From assembly GCF_006345805.1 (NCBI RefSeq), contig NC_043004.1, positions 88,908,001 to 88,972,000 on the forward strand: DNA of 64,000 nt. Direction: 5' to 3'. Both the position numbers and the translations under genes were made by a program. Below the pieces are notes generated by a model. That model was not told where the DNA came from, made no database searches, and saw only the letters and a list, made by a program, of their open reading frames with translations. Shown here in pieces: positions 1 through 14,627 of the stretch; the first letter of the stretch is position 1; every line of letters starts with the position of its first letter. Origin of the DNA: Octopus sinensis (lineage: Eukaryota).

Positions 1-2385
1 TACTCGTATACTTGTTTATATTCTCTATCAGATAATATTCCTATTTTGATGTAAAGGACAAACATAAAGCCGTTCTTTTCCATTACATAAAATATAAAAT
101 ATAAATATATCTTCAGATTTTAAAATTAACAACGATAAGTAGGTTCATTTAGGAAATGAAATCTCCTGCAAACGAACGTATTAGAAAACGCGTGCCTATT
201 TCCAAGATTCAATTACGTTCAGTTATCTCATCACATTTTTTCTTTTTTTTTTTTTCCTATTCGTGGGAGGCAATGAGGATATAATTATTAAAATCCTAAT
301 ATAAAAGGCTCGCTACTTGTAATTCATATGCTGCAAAGTAAAATAACAATTGCCTTGATTTTCAGTGATTAATTTCGAAGCAGGAATATTTTCATTGCAA
401 ATATTAATTAAAGATTTGTATAATAACCATAAAGGACAAATATAAAATCCTTTTATTATTTGTTGACTAAAATGTTTATAATTAATAAAGGAAGTGGGTT
501 TTCTTCAGTAAAGTGATCGTCCAAATGAAGCAATCGTGGACAAAAGCCTTATTTGTGACATCAGATACGCTGCCATTTTGTTCGCTGAAAATTATATCCT
601 TCAAAACAAATTTTCAAAATCAATGAATTTGTCTTCGTAAAATCTACGAGTTTGTCGGCGATGAGATTGTTATCTTTTATCTTGCTTTGCGTGTTTCAGT
701 CATTAGCCTACGGCCATGCTGGTGCACCACCTTGAAGAGTTTTAGTCGAACAAATCGAACTCAATACTTTTATTTTTTTTAACTCTTATATTTATTCTAT
801 CGGTGTCTTTCGCTGAACTGCTGTGTTACGGGATCGTAAACCAACCAAACCGGTTGTCAAGCTGTGAGAGATGGGAAGGAACAACCACAAACACAAAGAT
901 ACACGCATGTGTGAGAACGTCGGGATTCCACACAGATTCCGCCCACCAGATTCACTCACAAAGCATTGGTTAGTTCGAGGCTACAGTAAAAGTCATTTGC
1001 TCAAGGTGCTACGCAGTGGGATTGAACATAAAACCACATGGTTGCAAAGCAAACCTCTTAACCACACAGTCATGCCTACACCGCTTCAAAACTAATTTTC
1101 CTAACCAAGGAATTTCTGTTGTCGTAAAATATACAAGGCTATCTAGGATTTTTAGTGATATTCTTTTGTGATATTCGAAGTATTGCACATCGCAATTGTT
1201 TTTGTTTTTTCTTTTAGTATATGCATGGTGAGCTGCCAAGAAAACGCTGTAGATATAAGCCAACATAACAGTTTGATTCACGGGGTTAACAAACTTTAAG
1301 ACAATTCGAACACCTAGGTATTTTACTACCATCTATGCAGGAGAATGACCAACATTCGAGTATGAACTCCGAACATATAAACTTAAAACCAAATTTTAAA
1401 AAACAGTTCGGAGAAGCGAAGTAATAGAATAATCAGTTGTTTAGGCTATCTTCTAGTATAATGCCATAAATATAATATGATTAATTAGGATCGATATTAA
1501 AGGTAGCATTAAGGTGGAAAACTGGTAGAATCGTCAGAATGCATAACGGCATTTTGTCCGTCTATAAGTTCTGAGTTTAAATTCCGACTTTGCCTTTCAT
1601 CCTTTCATCCTTTTGAGATCGATAAAATAAGTGCCAGTTGTGCACAGAGGTCGATGGAATCGACATAGTTCCTCTCCCGGAATTGCTGGCCGTGTGCCAA
1701 AATCTGAAACCAATATTAGGGGTAACATTGTATTCGAAAGTAAAATAGAAAAATGTATCAGTAAACCTGTGTAAATGAAGATACCAGAAGCGATGGTCCG
1801 AGGCATATAACGACTAATGTAAAACCTTCATACTTATGACACTGTATCATCGTCTATATAGCGAGAATATTCGATAGCAATTACTAATTCTCTTAGCACA
1901 CTGATGGCGTGTGGTTATATACAATCTGTCGTTTAAAAGTTATTATTTAATTTAGAATATTACAGTTCAAAGTATGGACATTACGTTACTGACTACACAA
2001 GAAGTGACAAAAATCTTCAGCATACTGCCGCGGAACATATAAGTTTGAAACAAAAAATATGGATGAAAAAATAGAGACATGTTGCGTTGAGTACAAAATT
2101 TAGTGAAAATTAAAAAATCAAAATCATAAAATATATTAAACGGTAAAATGTATATTACTAATTTTTAACCAGTAAAAGTGTTTGTCGCATTATATTCGAG
2201 ATTACATTGTACTAAAGTAAATACTGAAGTTATGTAAATGAAATAGTTATGTAAATGTAATATAGCTACAAGTGAAAATCGAAATCACGTGACTGTCATG
2301 AGACGTGAGTTACGTCCACCGATTGCAAAATAAATATTGATCCTTCAATTAACTCTAACTTAACCATATATACACATCCATACAT

Positions 2386-2431
2386 AATACATACATACAT
2401 ACATACATACATACATACATACATACATACA

Positions 2432-2465
<34 letters not shown>

Positions 2466-2941
2466 AATACATACGATATTTGACGCGTATTTCTTTAACC
2501 ATCGAGTCTCCGAATAGCAAGTACCAAAAATATTAAATTTTCTTTTAAAAATCGCGTGCAAAATTAGATACGTTAATCGCTCTAATGGCAGTGAAGTTTT
2601 AATCACAATAAATTACAGATATAACATCAAATCGCTTTTATCGTAGACATTCATTCCATACTGGAACTCTAAATCACCAATTTCCAGTCAGATTGACGAG
2701 AATATGGCGAATCACTTTGCATCTTATTTGTTTAGGGCTTGTTCTTTTTTTTGTTTTCCTTTTTTTTTATTTTATTCAAAGTTCTGCTGCCAGGTAAGAA
2801 AAAGATTATGTATATGTAGGCGTGTCTGCACATGTATATACGAGTGTGGGTGCTAATGGACATGTATGTATGTATGTATGTATGTATGTATGTATGTATG
2901 TATGTATGTATGTATGTATGTATGTATGTATGTATGTATGT

Positions 2942-3019
<78 letters not shown>

Positions 3020-3347
3020 GTAGGTACTTGCATAGGCACATATATAGTGAGAGGGATAGAATTTATGTATCAATATATACATATATTTACGGGTGTATAT
3101 GCATTGAATAATAATCTACAATATATATACATATTCAATATTACTGTGTAGGAAATAATAGTTTACCATATATATATATATACATCGCGCACACACACCT
3201 CATATACATACGTATATATGTGTGTGTATGTAAAGAAAGGAAGAATATATGAATATTAATGAATATTAATGTGTATGTTTATGTATGAAAATTACATTTC
3301 AACATTTTCACCTATACGCACGCTAACACACACGCACATACACACGC

Positions 3348-3385
<38 letters not shown>

Positions 3386-3740
3386 GTGCACACACACACA
3401 TACACACGCACAAATTCCTATGTTACATGTAGACAGACAGACAAGCTGATAGATAGATAGATAGATACATACATACATACATACATACATACATACATAC
3501 ATACATACATACATACATACATACATACATACATACATACATAGGTATGTATAGGTACATACATACATACATACATACATACATACATACATAGGTATGT
3601 ATAGGTACATACATACATACATACATACATACATACATAATACATACATACATACATACATACATACATACATACATACATACATACATACATACATACA
3701 TACATACATACATACATACATACATACATACATACGCACA
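2386..3740. repeat. Microsatellite cluster (ATAC)n, (TATG)n(ATAG)n, (CA)n
   Basis: Directly visible; it accounts for the MYVC/HTYI/YLSI ORFs. Confidence 0.95.
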
Positions 3741-4168
3741 CGTATACATATATAGGCAATACACAAAGAGCATAATTATTGAGTGTAATATAACGCAACT
3801 GATTTATCGATACGATACATGTAATATTCAGTTATGCTTGGTTGGTCCTCTCCAAAAGAACAAGATAATATATTCATGGAAGATATTTTAAAATGGAATG
3901 TTGGCGTCTCTGAAATCTTCATCTGGGCAGCTCAATCCAGGAGATATTCAAACGGCGACAATTTCAAGCTAAGATTATTAGCGAGAATGGAGATCACGTG
4001 GTGCTGGTGACGATGACGGTGGTGGTGGTGGTGGTGGTGGTGGCGGCGGCGGCGGCGGTGGTGGTGGTGGTGGTGGTGGTGGTGGTGGTACTGGTGGTGT
4101 TGGTAGTGTTGAGGAAGATAAGTTTTGCTGTCCTTACAGTGTTGATGATGGTAATAATAATAATAATA

Positions 4169-4207
<39 letters not shown>

Positions 4208-4437
4208 TAATAATCCTTTCTACTATAGGCACAAGGTCTGAAATCTGGTGGTGGGGGGTAAGTCGACTACATCGACCCCAGTGCTTAACTGGTACTTATT
4301 TTATCAAGTCCGAAAGAATGAGGGGCAAAATCAACCTCAGCGGAATTTGAACTCAGAACCTAAATGCCGCTAAGCATTTCACCCGGCTTGCTAACGATTC
4401 TGCCAGTTCGCCGCCTTAATAATAATAATAATTATTA

Positions 4438-4492
<55 letters not shown>

Positions 4493-4516
4493 CATTATTA
4501 TTATTATTGTTATTAT

Positions 4517-5070
4517 AATGCCCTGATGCAGTACCACGCAGTGGCTCGCGTGGCTTCTAAGCTTAACTGATTGGAAGTGTTATCATGTACATTGTTTTGT
4601 CTTGGTATAAAAGATGGGCTACAGCAAATATTCTGCTCAATACCACAGATTTGCTTGTCAGTTGTTTCACCGTAACCAGTTGAGCATGTCCTTTAGTGGC
4701 TGGCGATATGTGCATCTCTGATCACGAGCAGAAGTAGTGGGGGAGCATCATAGCCGTGTGTTGAGAGGGATTCTTTGGGGTTTGGATAATTCACCTTTGG
4801 AAACATGAGTGTTTCGTTCAACATCCTTAAACAACCCTTATTCAGGGACCTTTTGAGCGAGATGGGCTACTCGACATGAAGAAAATTCTAAGTGGGCCCC
4901 ACTTGCAAGATCATGCGCTGTTTATCTTGATATGGGATCGCTATGTCACGCACATATGGCTGTGATGCATGTGCCCGGTGTACCCTTATCGACGGGTAGT
5001 CATGATGGGTATACTGGGCTTCGTATATTTTATTCCAGTGTCACTTTGATGGCTGCTCTGCTCGCTCATT
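4517..5070. mobile_element. ~550-bp interspersed repeat (family 3); opposite-orientation copy at 29495-29953
   Basis: Clear reverse-complement homology between the two loci. Both are flanked by (TAT)n/(AAT)n. Confidence 0.75.
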
Positions 5071-8000
5071 TAATAATAATAATAATAATAATACAGGGAT
5101 GTAAACACACCAACACCGGTTGTCAAGTGGTGGGTAGAGACAAGCATAGACATAAACACAGGCACGCAAACACACACACACACACATATATATATATGAC
5201 GGGCTTCCTTCAGTTTCCATCTACCAAATCCGCTCACAAGGCTATGGTCGACCCGAGGGTATAGTAGAAAACACTTGCCCAAAGTTCTATACAATGGGAC
5301 TGAACCCGGAACCAGTTGGTTGCGATGCAAACTTCTTACCACACAGGCACGCCGCTAATTTTTTTTTTTTTTTTTTTTTTGCAAAGAACTATATGCAACT
5401 ACGACAGTATTAAATTAAAATAGTGTATATACTGAATGTATATACACTATTGATAGGCCAGTAACTGCAGTATTTTCCCGCGATAGCATCTCTTATGGAT
5501 ATGCTCTGTTAAAAAACAATAAGTATCAGCAAACCATACTTTACCTTGCTATATTAATCATCTTTGTATACACAAATATTATAACACGTTTTTCAAGATA
5601 CTCAAGCATTAGTATCGATTTTCTAAAGCCTTAAATTATGTGTTTACATTTAGAAAGTAACAACAGAAGCATCGAGAAATATGTAAATAAGTTATCTATA
5701 AACGATGTATGTCGCCATTTAAAATACATTATTTATAGGACTCTTATTTACGTATTTCTTTACGCTTCTGTTGCTTCGCTCAGTTTGCAAATAAACTTGT
5801 TTTCTTAATAGTAAGATTAAAATATCTAATCTAGATGAACAAAAGTCAGAAAACTACTCTAATGCATTTGTGGATGCATGGTTCGAGTTCCGCAGTTAGT
5901 TTTGCGCTTCTTTTTATTATTATTATTATTATTTTTAACTTGTGCATCTTAAATTTAGTTTTCTTTTTACTCCTGTTTATCTTATTAGATTCACAACAGC
6001 TATAACTAGAAAGACTTCTCTGTCTGCCTCGTGGTCTCAGTGGACAAAATACAAATGGCGTTGCCTAGAGGATGGCGAGGGAGAAGCGTTGAAACAGCCA
6101 CTCCGACTCACTCGGTACTTAAGCCTGGTACTTATTCTATCAGTCGCTTTTGCCGAACCGCTAAGTTACGAGGACGTAAACACACGAACACTGGTTATTA
6201 AGTGGTGGTGGGGAGAAACACAAACACTCACACACACAAATGTACACACACGGGAGGAGGGTACGACGAGCTTCTTTCAGTTTCCGTCTACCAAATCCAC
6301 TTGGTTGGCCCGGGACTATAGCGGAAGCTACTTGCCCAAAGTACCACGCATTGAGATTAAACACTTTAAAATAAAATGCTTGTATCGTAGAACCAAGGAC
6401 GTAGTGGCTTAGCTAGAAGGGATGAGGGGGTGAGTGAGGCGGAGTGAGGAAATGAGGAGGAGAGGATTCGCCCCGGGCGAGGTGGAATGCAAAATCAAGG
6501 GTTGACCCATGCAGCACATGCTATGGCTATGCAGCCGGAGAGGCCTGTATCATGTGGGTTGGTATTAAAAGGGTTAAGGCACGCCAGGAAGTTACAGAGT
6601 ATCGCTGGAAACTACTGACGTGGAGTCTCCCGCGTTAGTTCGTCCTTCTGTTTGTGTAGAGATGTGTTCTGTTGTAACAGACATCGTGCTACTTTGCAGG
6701 AAATGATAAAGTCCACTCTAAGTCGGCAGATTTTTTTGTAGTGTCTATGTTCAGAAGCATCAGCTTGGGTGACTTCTCTGTCATTGTTGGGATTGCTCTT
6801 GGATTGGATTGGATTGGATTGGATTCGGTTGCCTATGTTCAATCCACTACAAGATGAAGGACTCTGCATGTTCTCTCCACCAACCACAGTCTGACGTGGA
6901 GGCCATGAATTTGAGCTTAAGATCATACTGGTTTGAAGTCTGTTCTTCTACACTGGCTCGGCAGAAGGGTGCCAGTTTTTTTGTTTGTTTTTTTTATCTC
7001 CCTCTTTGGTACTAATCAAATCGATCCTCCGAAAGGATAAAAGGCAAAGTCGAACTCAAAACGTAAATGACGGACGAAATACTGATAAGCATTTCGCCCG
7101 GCGTGCTAACGACTCTGCCAGCCCGCCGCCTTAGCGGGCGATGGGATTGCTCTTAATCTGTTCAAATTGTTGTTGTGCTTTATTTCCATGTCAGCCTCGA
7201 TCGAGCTGTGACCATCACATCCTGATCTTCAACAGTGTATATCCTGAACCAAATTATCCAATATTTCTTACCTGAAAAAGGTGGTGAGCTGGCAGAATCG
7301 TTACCATGCCGGGTAAAATGCTTAGCGACATTTCGTCCGTCTTTACGTTCAGAGTTCAAATTTCGCCTAGGTCGACTTTGGCTTTTATCCTTTCGGGATC
7401 GATAAAACAAGTACCAGTTGAACACTGGGATCGATGTAATCGACTTACCCACTCCCCCAGAAATTGCTGGCTTTGTGCCAAAATTTGAGACCAATATTTC
7501 TTACCTGATTTTAAAGACGGTTTTTATCTTTACTTGAAAGAGTTGTAGCAGTTATTTCTAGCAGCCGATATTTACATGTGTGTGTGAAAGAGAGAGTGTG
7601 TGTGAGCTTATACATAGATAGATATTTATGTGTATACGTAAGTAAGAGAAAGAGAGGGGAGAGAAAGAGTCTTATTGCTATACTCAGAGAGAGGAATTTG
7701 CTGCTAAAGGAAATCCCCAAACGATATAATTTCTGAACTCATAACATAAAAAATATCACAATGGAAGCCATTTTTTCCCTTTCTTTGTGTCTCCCATATA
7801 TTAAACTTAATACAAATATTTCTTGTTTCTTTTTTTGTATCTTTAACACTTTATTGAAAGAAACTTTTGAAAGAAAAATTATTACTATATCACCGATGGT
7901 ACTTCCTTATTGAATTTGAAGGAATAAAATATAATAAAAGTGAAGCTTATTGGTTATCTGAAATTTTTTGAAATTTTGGTATATTCCTCTTGTTTCGAAT

Positions 8001-8357
8001 GTGAAGGAAAAACCGTTAAACGTGAATAGTTTTCAATCAACCAACGGCCTCTTCCATTTTTTCTCACCGATCACTTTCTCTATTTTAATATTAGTAAAAT
8101 ATGCATTTCACAAATTTCAATTGTCTACGAGGAATGTTCCCCCAAATCCCTTAATAACTGCTGTCGTATACAAAAATGCATAAATACATGTTGTACCTTC
8201 TTTATTTGTTTGATGCAGCGATTCCATTACGGCAGTTCTTTTTTTTTTCTTTTTTCATCTTTTCATTGTTAATCATTTTATCCATTCTTATATAGTTCTT
8301 AGTTATACACATGCACGCACACAAACAAACGCACACGTGCATGCATACATACATACA

Positions 8358-8388
<31 letters not shown>

Positions 8389-8996
8389 GTATGTACGTAC
8401 GTGTATTTCTCAATCCACATGTATGCGTGCCTATGTGAGAGAGAAACAGAAAAATTGCCTTCAATGCATATATCAGAACTGTTATATATATATATGTGTG
8501 TGTGTGTGCTTTTATATATGTATATATGTGTATATATGCGTATGTGTGTCTGTGGGGGAAGACCTCTGTGTGTGTGTGTGTGTGTGTGTACTGAAATTAG
8601 CCATCAACAGCAACACTGATGAAACGTAACCACTACAAAGAACAAAAGAAAAAAATCGCCTAACCCATTCAGCGTAGCAAATTCCTCACCACCAACACCA
8701 ACACCACCACAAAATCCAAGAATCAGTTATCCACATTTCCATGCAACAATATATTGCAAGATATTAAGTGTATTCTTATGGAAGAACACTGTATATATCA
8801 GACAGGCAACACTTGTTCTTCAATGATATAACATAATGTGGTACGGAGCCTACCAAACGACGCTGATATTATCATAGAGAGTACAATATTGAAAATAACC
8901 AACAAAATAGATTACTTATGAGAAATTTTCTGCTAGAAAATAGAACACAGCACAGCCAAGAAAACGCTTTCTAAGTAGTTATCATCATTTTGTATC

Positions 8997-9030
<34 letters not shown>

Positions 9031-11149
9031 ATATTTAATATAAGACAATATAATACAATACAATATAATATAATATAATATAAATTATATATATATGCAT
9101 ATATACATACGTATATGCACATACTTACATTTATACGTATATATATATATAACCATATGTGGGCACAGGACGTCACGAAACGTGTACAACAATAAAAAAG
9201 TACAAGTAGATAGAATATGAGCTATTTTTTCGAACAGTGAAAGACACAAATGGAAAACAAGGCAAGCACCATAAAGAAGGACCCTTCATCAGTTGTTGGC
9301 TGTTTTTCTAGTCTCGTATTTCGATCATTTAACAACAATATATGCTTTCGATAAAACAGTTGCTCCCGCAAAAGTAAATTAAATAAAATTTGGGATTTTG
9401 CGGAGGGTCAAATTTTCTAACACAACCAGAACAGTGAAAACAAACAGGAAGGGCTGCTGACCCTAAACGAGGTTGTGGTGGCGAACGCGTAAATCAAGCT
9501 TGGACAGGAGACAAACAAGAACACGTCTTCCTTGTTCCAGCTACAACGGAGAGAAAGAAAGAAACACAAGTTAGTAGAAGAAAGAAAGATGTCCGATGGT
9601 CACGTGGGAACCACGTGAGAAAGCTAGGAGGAGTGAGGGGGAGAGATAGCAGAGTGATAGGAAAGAATAGTGGGAGAAGAGGGAGGAAAGAATAAGAGAG
9701 AGAAAGAGAAAAAAACGAAAGAGTAAAAAGATCGTATAGAGTGCGCAGGACTTATTCCTTGTAAGCCTAGTACTTATTCTATCGGTCTCTTATGCCGAAC
9801 CCCTAAATTACGGGGACGTAAACACACCATCATCGGTTGTCAAGCGATGTTGGAGGGACAAACACAGACACACAAACATATACACACACGTACATATATA
9901 TACATATACATATATACGACGGGCTTCTTTCAGTTTCCGTCTACCAAATCCACTCACAAGGCTTTGGTCGGCCCGAGGCTATAGTAGAAGACACCCATAA
10001 AATTTAAATCGCCCGAACACTTCGAGATTATATTACCGATCATATGAGCCACTTTGAATATTATTTCAGCAAGTTTAAAGTGATATCTTTTATGCCGTAA
10101 ACCAATTACCATTTCTGTGATGTCCACCATTCCCTTGATGCCCTAAGCACATGTTTTTTTTTTTTCATTAATCCAGCGCAGGCTCCAGCTAAACACAAAA
10201 TTTACCAAACCCTGCAACAGCAGTATCGGTTTCTCTTGTCGTCATTAACGGAACACATTACATCATTCAGTAAAACTTATGTAGAAATAGCAGGAAGAGA
10301 AAGCGAACAGTGTCGTACGACTCTCTTTAGAAATAGGATAACAAATCGTGATTACAAAGAGAACTTCCTTTCATTGCATAACAAAAGAGTGGAGCCTACT
10401 CCTATCAGCATATTTCAAATATTTTCCCTGAACATATAATAGTTTTCTCCTGACCAACACCTGAGTGCAGGTATTACACAGGTCACGTTCATTCTCACGG
10501 AAATAAACAATGTGTATCTTTATTGCAAATAGCAGCGATATCCATTGTATAATACTAATAACCTGTCAATGATTCTCTTGGCATTGAATACTTCGCCAAA
10601 AGCATCGTTGTCTTCATTTCTTTCGTCGAAGATATTCTCGAATAGCTCGTTTGCCAACAGCTCTAACAGTTTCGATTAGAACGTTAACAAGTAGCTTCAA
10701 AATAACATGTTTTGATGAATCCTTCTCCACGTCTTACGCTTTCTCATGCAAATAAATCCACCCCAGAAGCATTATCTTCTTTTATCTTTTACTTAGTTTA
10801 ATCATTGAACTGCGGCCATTTTGGAGCACTGCCTTGACTCTAGTTCTTTTTTTTTTAATCTGTTACTTATTCAGATTTCTTTTGCAGATTCACAAAGTTA
10901 CGACAGTGTATCAAGGTAGGGGGACAAAGACAAACACACACACATATATATGTATATATATATATATGCAACAACAACATATATAAACAAACTTTTATTT
11001 TGTCTTTAGAAGCGTCGAATGTGTATCGTATTGTACAGACAAAACAGTAATATTTCGAACACAGTAGATTATTGCCCTTATAAGACGAGGGAAAAAAGTC
11101 GTCAACAAAAGTCACGGGACTCGAAACCCACATTCCTTGGATACCGGTT

Positions 11150-11960
11150 TGAACCTTTGACTGACCCAACTATATTTCCACACAGAACACTTATGGGCGT
11201 ATCCCACAATTTGAATAGTTTTTTCCACTCTGTGCCAAACAGATTAAGTGAATCTTTTAGCACATATATCTTTACCTTTTTTCGTTTGACCTCAAAATGT
11301 TACATTACATAAGAATTCACCGAAAAAATATAATCTTCTTCTCGTAACCCCATGAGAGTCAAAACTATTGAAAAGGTTGCAAGACAACGAAAATTTTAGA
11401 AAAATAAAAAAGAAATAAGTGGAAATTTTACCGGTGAGTGTGTTAAATTATAAGGCACCAAAAGAGAATGGCTCTCCCCAGACACAACAGACCAACAGAC
11501 CGTGTGCTACCTTTTTCGATTTAATTTATTTTGGCTTACCGACATATTTCCACGTTTTTTCGTTTATAATGGTGGTGTCTCTACCAGTGACCAACTGCAT
11601 TTTAACACTTGTATTTCTGATTTTCATATTCACGAATTCCCTCATCGTTATAATACCAATTTCTGCCGGTGACATACTATTTATTCCTTTGTTCTGACGT
11701 TTTGTCATTGTTCTACAGTGCGTCTTTATATGTCCTATATTTCCACAACGAAAGCACTCCGCTTTCTAAAATGAACAATTTTTCCTCATGCAAGACATGA
11801 GTTTATTTCTTGATTTTTGTCGTGTTTTTTTAGAAAACTCTATATCTTTATTGTGACTATTTCGCACTTGCTTTACTTGGAAGCAATCTTTACGTTCAAT
11901 TTCCTCTGTGTCGTGTCTTTTCACATTCTTTTTGCACTTGCTGTAGGGTTACATCCTGTT
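11150..11960 (-). mobile_element. Degenerate Ty3/Gypsy-type LTR retrotransposon gag-protease fragment
   Basis: CCHC zinc knuckle CFRCGNIGHIKTHC (11715-11756). Protease-like VNMKIRNTSVKMQLVTGRDTTIINEKTWKYVGKP, where the usual LDTG reads LVTG. Downstream LYFFGEFLCNV and NLFGTEW motifs. Stops and frameshifts are present. Confidence 0.75.
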
Positions 11961-12312
11961 TTTGTTCCAGCTTGATAATTCATAGCCAGGATACAAGAGC
12001 TGTGAGTTCCGCATTAATTCGACAAAAATGTTCTCTTTTTCCTGGACATTTGATTGTACATTCACATCTGCTGGGCAGCTGACTCCGACAACAGTGCAGG
12101 ATGTTTGTTCCATGAGTCACAGAACAATATCTGATCTGTTATGTTTGCATCGAATTGATGTTTTTAATGGGGTGTTCCACAGATATTCCTTGTTTTTAAA
12201 GGTGTGAATATCTGCTGGTTCTGATATGCCTTTGATGTATACGACAGGGCAGTGCTTCCTGCAGAAAGCATTGCAAGTAGTCTTTGCAACTATATCAATA
12301 TATGTATGTATG

Positions 12313-12344
<32 letters not shown>

Positions 12345-12610
12345 TGTATGTATGTATGTATGTATGTATGTGTGTGTATGTATGTATGTAATGTATGTAT
12401 GTGTGGGGGTGTTTGTGTGTATGTATGTATGTATGTATTATGTATGTATGTGATACAATAACGTATCCAATCTTAATACGTTCTGGCAGATTCGAACCTA
12501 AGTATCTGATCGCTGTTGTTTTCCGTCATCAGAGAACACCTCCCTTTAAGCAATATATATTGCAATAATAGACTTGATTCGACGGTGCTAGGGGACTTTG
12601 AGACTGAGAC

Positions 12611-12660
12611 TTTGAAACACCGCGGTGTTTCGACCCCCCTTGTGTGTCTCCTCAGTCAAA
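12611..12660 (-). ncRNA. Type I hammerhead ribozyme motif, canonical core
   Basis: Minus strand: TTTGA CTGAGGA GAC-acacaaggggg-GTC GAAA CACCGCGGTGT T TCAAA. Stem I TTTGA/TCAAA; stem II GAC/GTC; palindromic stem III ACACCGCGGTGT; GUU cleavage triplet. Confidence 0.8.
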
Positions 12661-12743
12661 ACTACACTGCCTGATCGATGGATCTCTCAAAAGTACGAGC
12701 TCTTGCTCAAATTAGCAAACAAAATTGTTTCGTGATGTCTGCT

Positions 12744-12802
<59 letters not shown>

Positions 12803-12812
12803 TATATATATT

Positions 12813-12843
<31 letters not shown>

Positions 12844-13496
12844 TTTATATATATATATTTAGATATATATATATTTATTTATTTTTTTTTATATATATAT
12901 ATATATGATATATATATATATATATACACACACACAAACATATATATATGTGTGTGTGTGCGTGTGTATGTGTATAATACCAAGTGCAATGCGTTCATAT
13001 ACATATGCTGGCATATAATACCTGTCTACTCAACGCTTCCATTACATCCAAAACATATGCAGAATATAAAATTAACTACACTTTTATATTCTACCATTTT
13101 GTATTTCTTTCAATATCTTCTTCTGTGGCATTCTTTTTGGGTTTTTTTACCTTTTGAAAGTTCTATGTTTATCATAGAACTCTTTATTCTCTTTCGTTTT
13201 CTGTATTCATTTTATATTATTTTTATTTTTGTACCGTTTTTAATTCTGTCTGCTAGAGAGATTTCTATTTTAGCACAACTCATCTCTAAAATCTGTTCTC
13301 ATCGAAGTTACACAATCCAACTTTACATGGACTTCTTCCGACAACTTGTAATTTTTATTTTTTCATTTTCTCTCTCCTTCTCTCTCTCTCCCTCCCTCTC
13401 CATCCTTCTTTCTCTCTCTCTCTCTTTCTCATATACACACACACGTAATATATATATTCATACATATATATGTGTGTGTGTTTGTGTGTATGTGCT

Positions 13497-13566
<70 letters not shown>

Positions 13567-13942
13567 ATATATATATATTATATTATTATTATTATTAATA
13601 GTAATTTTTATTAACTTTTATTAACTTTTATAGCTTTAGAATCTTATGAACTGTACCACGGATTTAATTATTATTTTTCATCTCCATATATGTTAGCCTT
13701 TTTTTTATATAAAAAAAACTATTAGCCAAATATGTATAATATCGGTACTTATTGATATAATATATACACTATTATATATTTTGTTTTATTTTGTTCTGTT
13801 TACCTTCCTTTTTTGTACAAATGTGTATTATATTATATAAGTGTAGCATTATGAGGTATAAGCTTTTATATTTTACATTTTTATATTTTTATATTTATAT
13901 GTATATGATTGTATAATATTTTCACTTTATAACAAATTTATT

Positions 13943-14060
13943 TAATCCTCTGAAGAGGCCGTGGGGCATCCTTGTTAATGCCTCATTTATACCTGCCTTT
14001 ATGGCTTATAGGTTAAATGAGGTATGACTGTCCTCACTGCCGAAACAGCTGTCAGTTTTG
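13943..14060 (+). ncRNA. Type I hammerhead ribozyme motif with extended stem II
   Basis: CTGAAGA at 13950-13956; stem II GGCCGTGGGGCA/TGTCCTCACTGCC plus an inner 12-bp helix (13978-13989 with 14014-14025); GAAA 14042-14045; palindromic ACAGCTGT; GUC site at 14053. Stem I is imperfect. Confidence 0.7.
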
Positions 14061-14251
14061 ATTTATTTGCATATTATATTTGAAAATTTTTTACTTATAT
14101 CTCTTTATCTTTTTACTATTACTGTATATCTCATTTCATCTTATGTATTGCCTTTACTCTATGTAATGGTGTATTAAAGTATGGATTGAGTATCATCGGA
14201 TAGTTGATGTTTTACTGATTTAAGTATATTTCTCCATTCTCTAATTTTGTA

Positions 14252-14286
<35 letters not shown>

Positions 14287-14545
14287 TCTATCTGTTTCTC
14301 GTCATTAGACTGCGGCCATGCTGGGGCACCAGCTTGAAGAATTTTAGCAGAACTTATTATTTTTGGTAAAACCTGGTACTTATTTTATCGGTCTCTTTTC
14401 CGAAGGGCCACGTTACGGGGACGTAAACACACCAACACCGGTTGTCAAGCAGTGGAGGAGGACAAGCACATACACAAAGACATGCACACACGTACACATA
14501 TACACACTCATATATGTATATATTATTATATATTATATATCTATA

Positions 14546-14577
<32 letters not shown>

Positions 14578-14589
14578 TATTATATATAT

Positions 14590-14627
<38 letters not shown>

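Noticed and set aside
2296-3798. Many ORFs reading MYVC/HTYI/YLSI/IYIY (also at 17624-19897, 24335-24777, 25411-25998, 34830-35214, 50804-51361 and 54810-55807)
   Set aside because: They are translations of stop-free microsatellites, not genes.
12470-12535. CTGATGA C GG...CC A GAAC GT A on the minus strand, about 140 nt from the 12611 HHR
   Set aside because: GAAA is incomplete and stem I does not pair, so it is too degenerate to call. It would merit a second look if relatives are intact.
12952-13614. 220-aa hydrophobic ORF resembling a membrane protein
   Set aside because: The hydrophobicity reflects T-rich and microsatellite sequence; there is no receptor motif.
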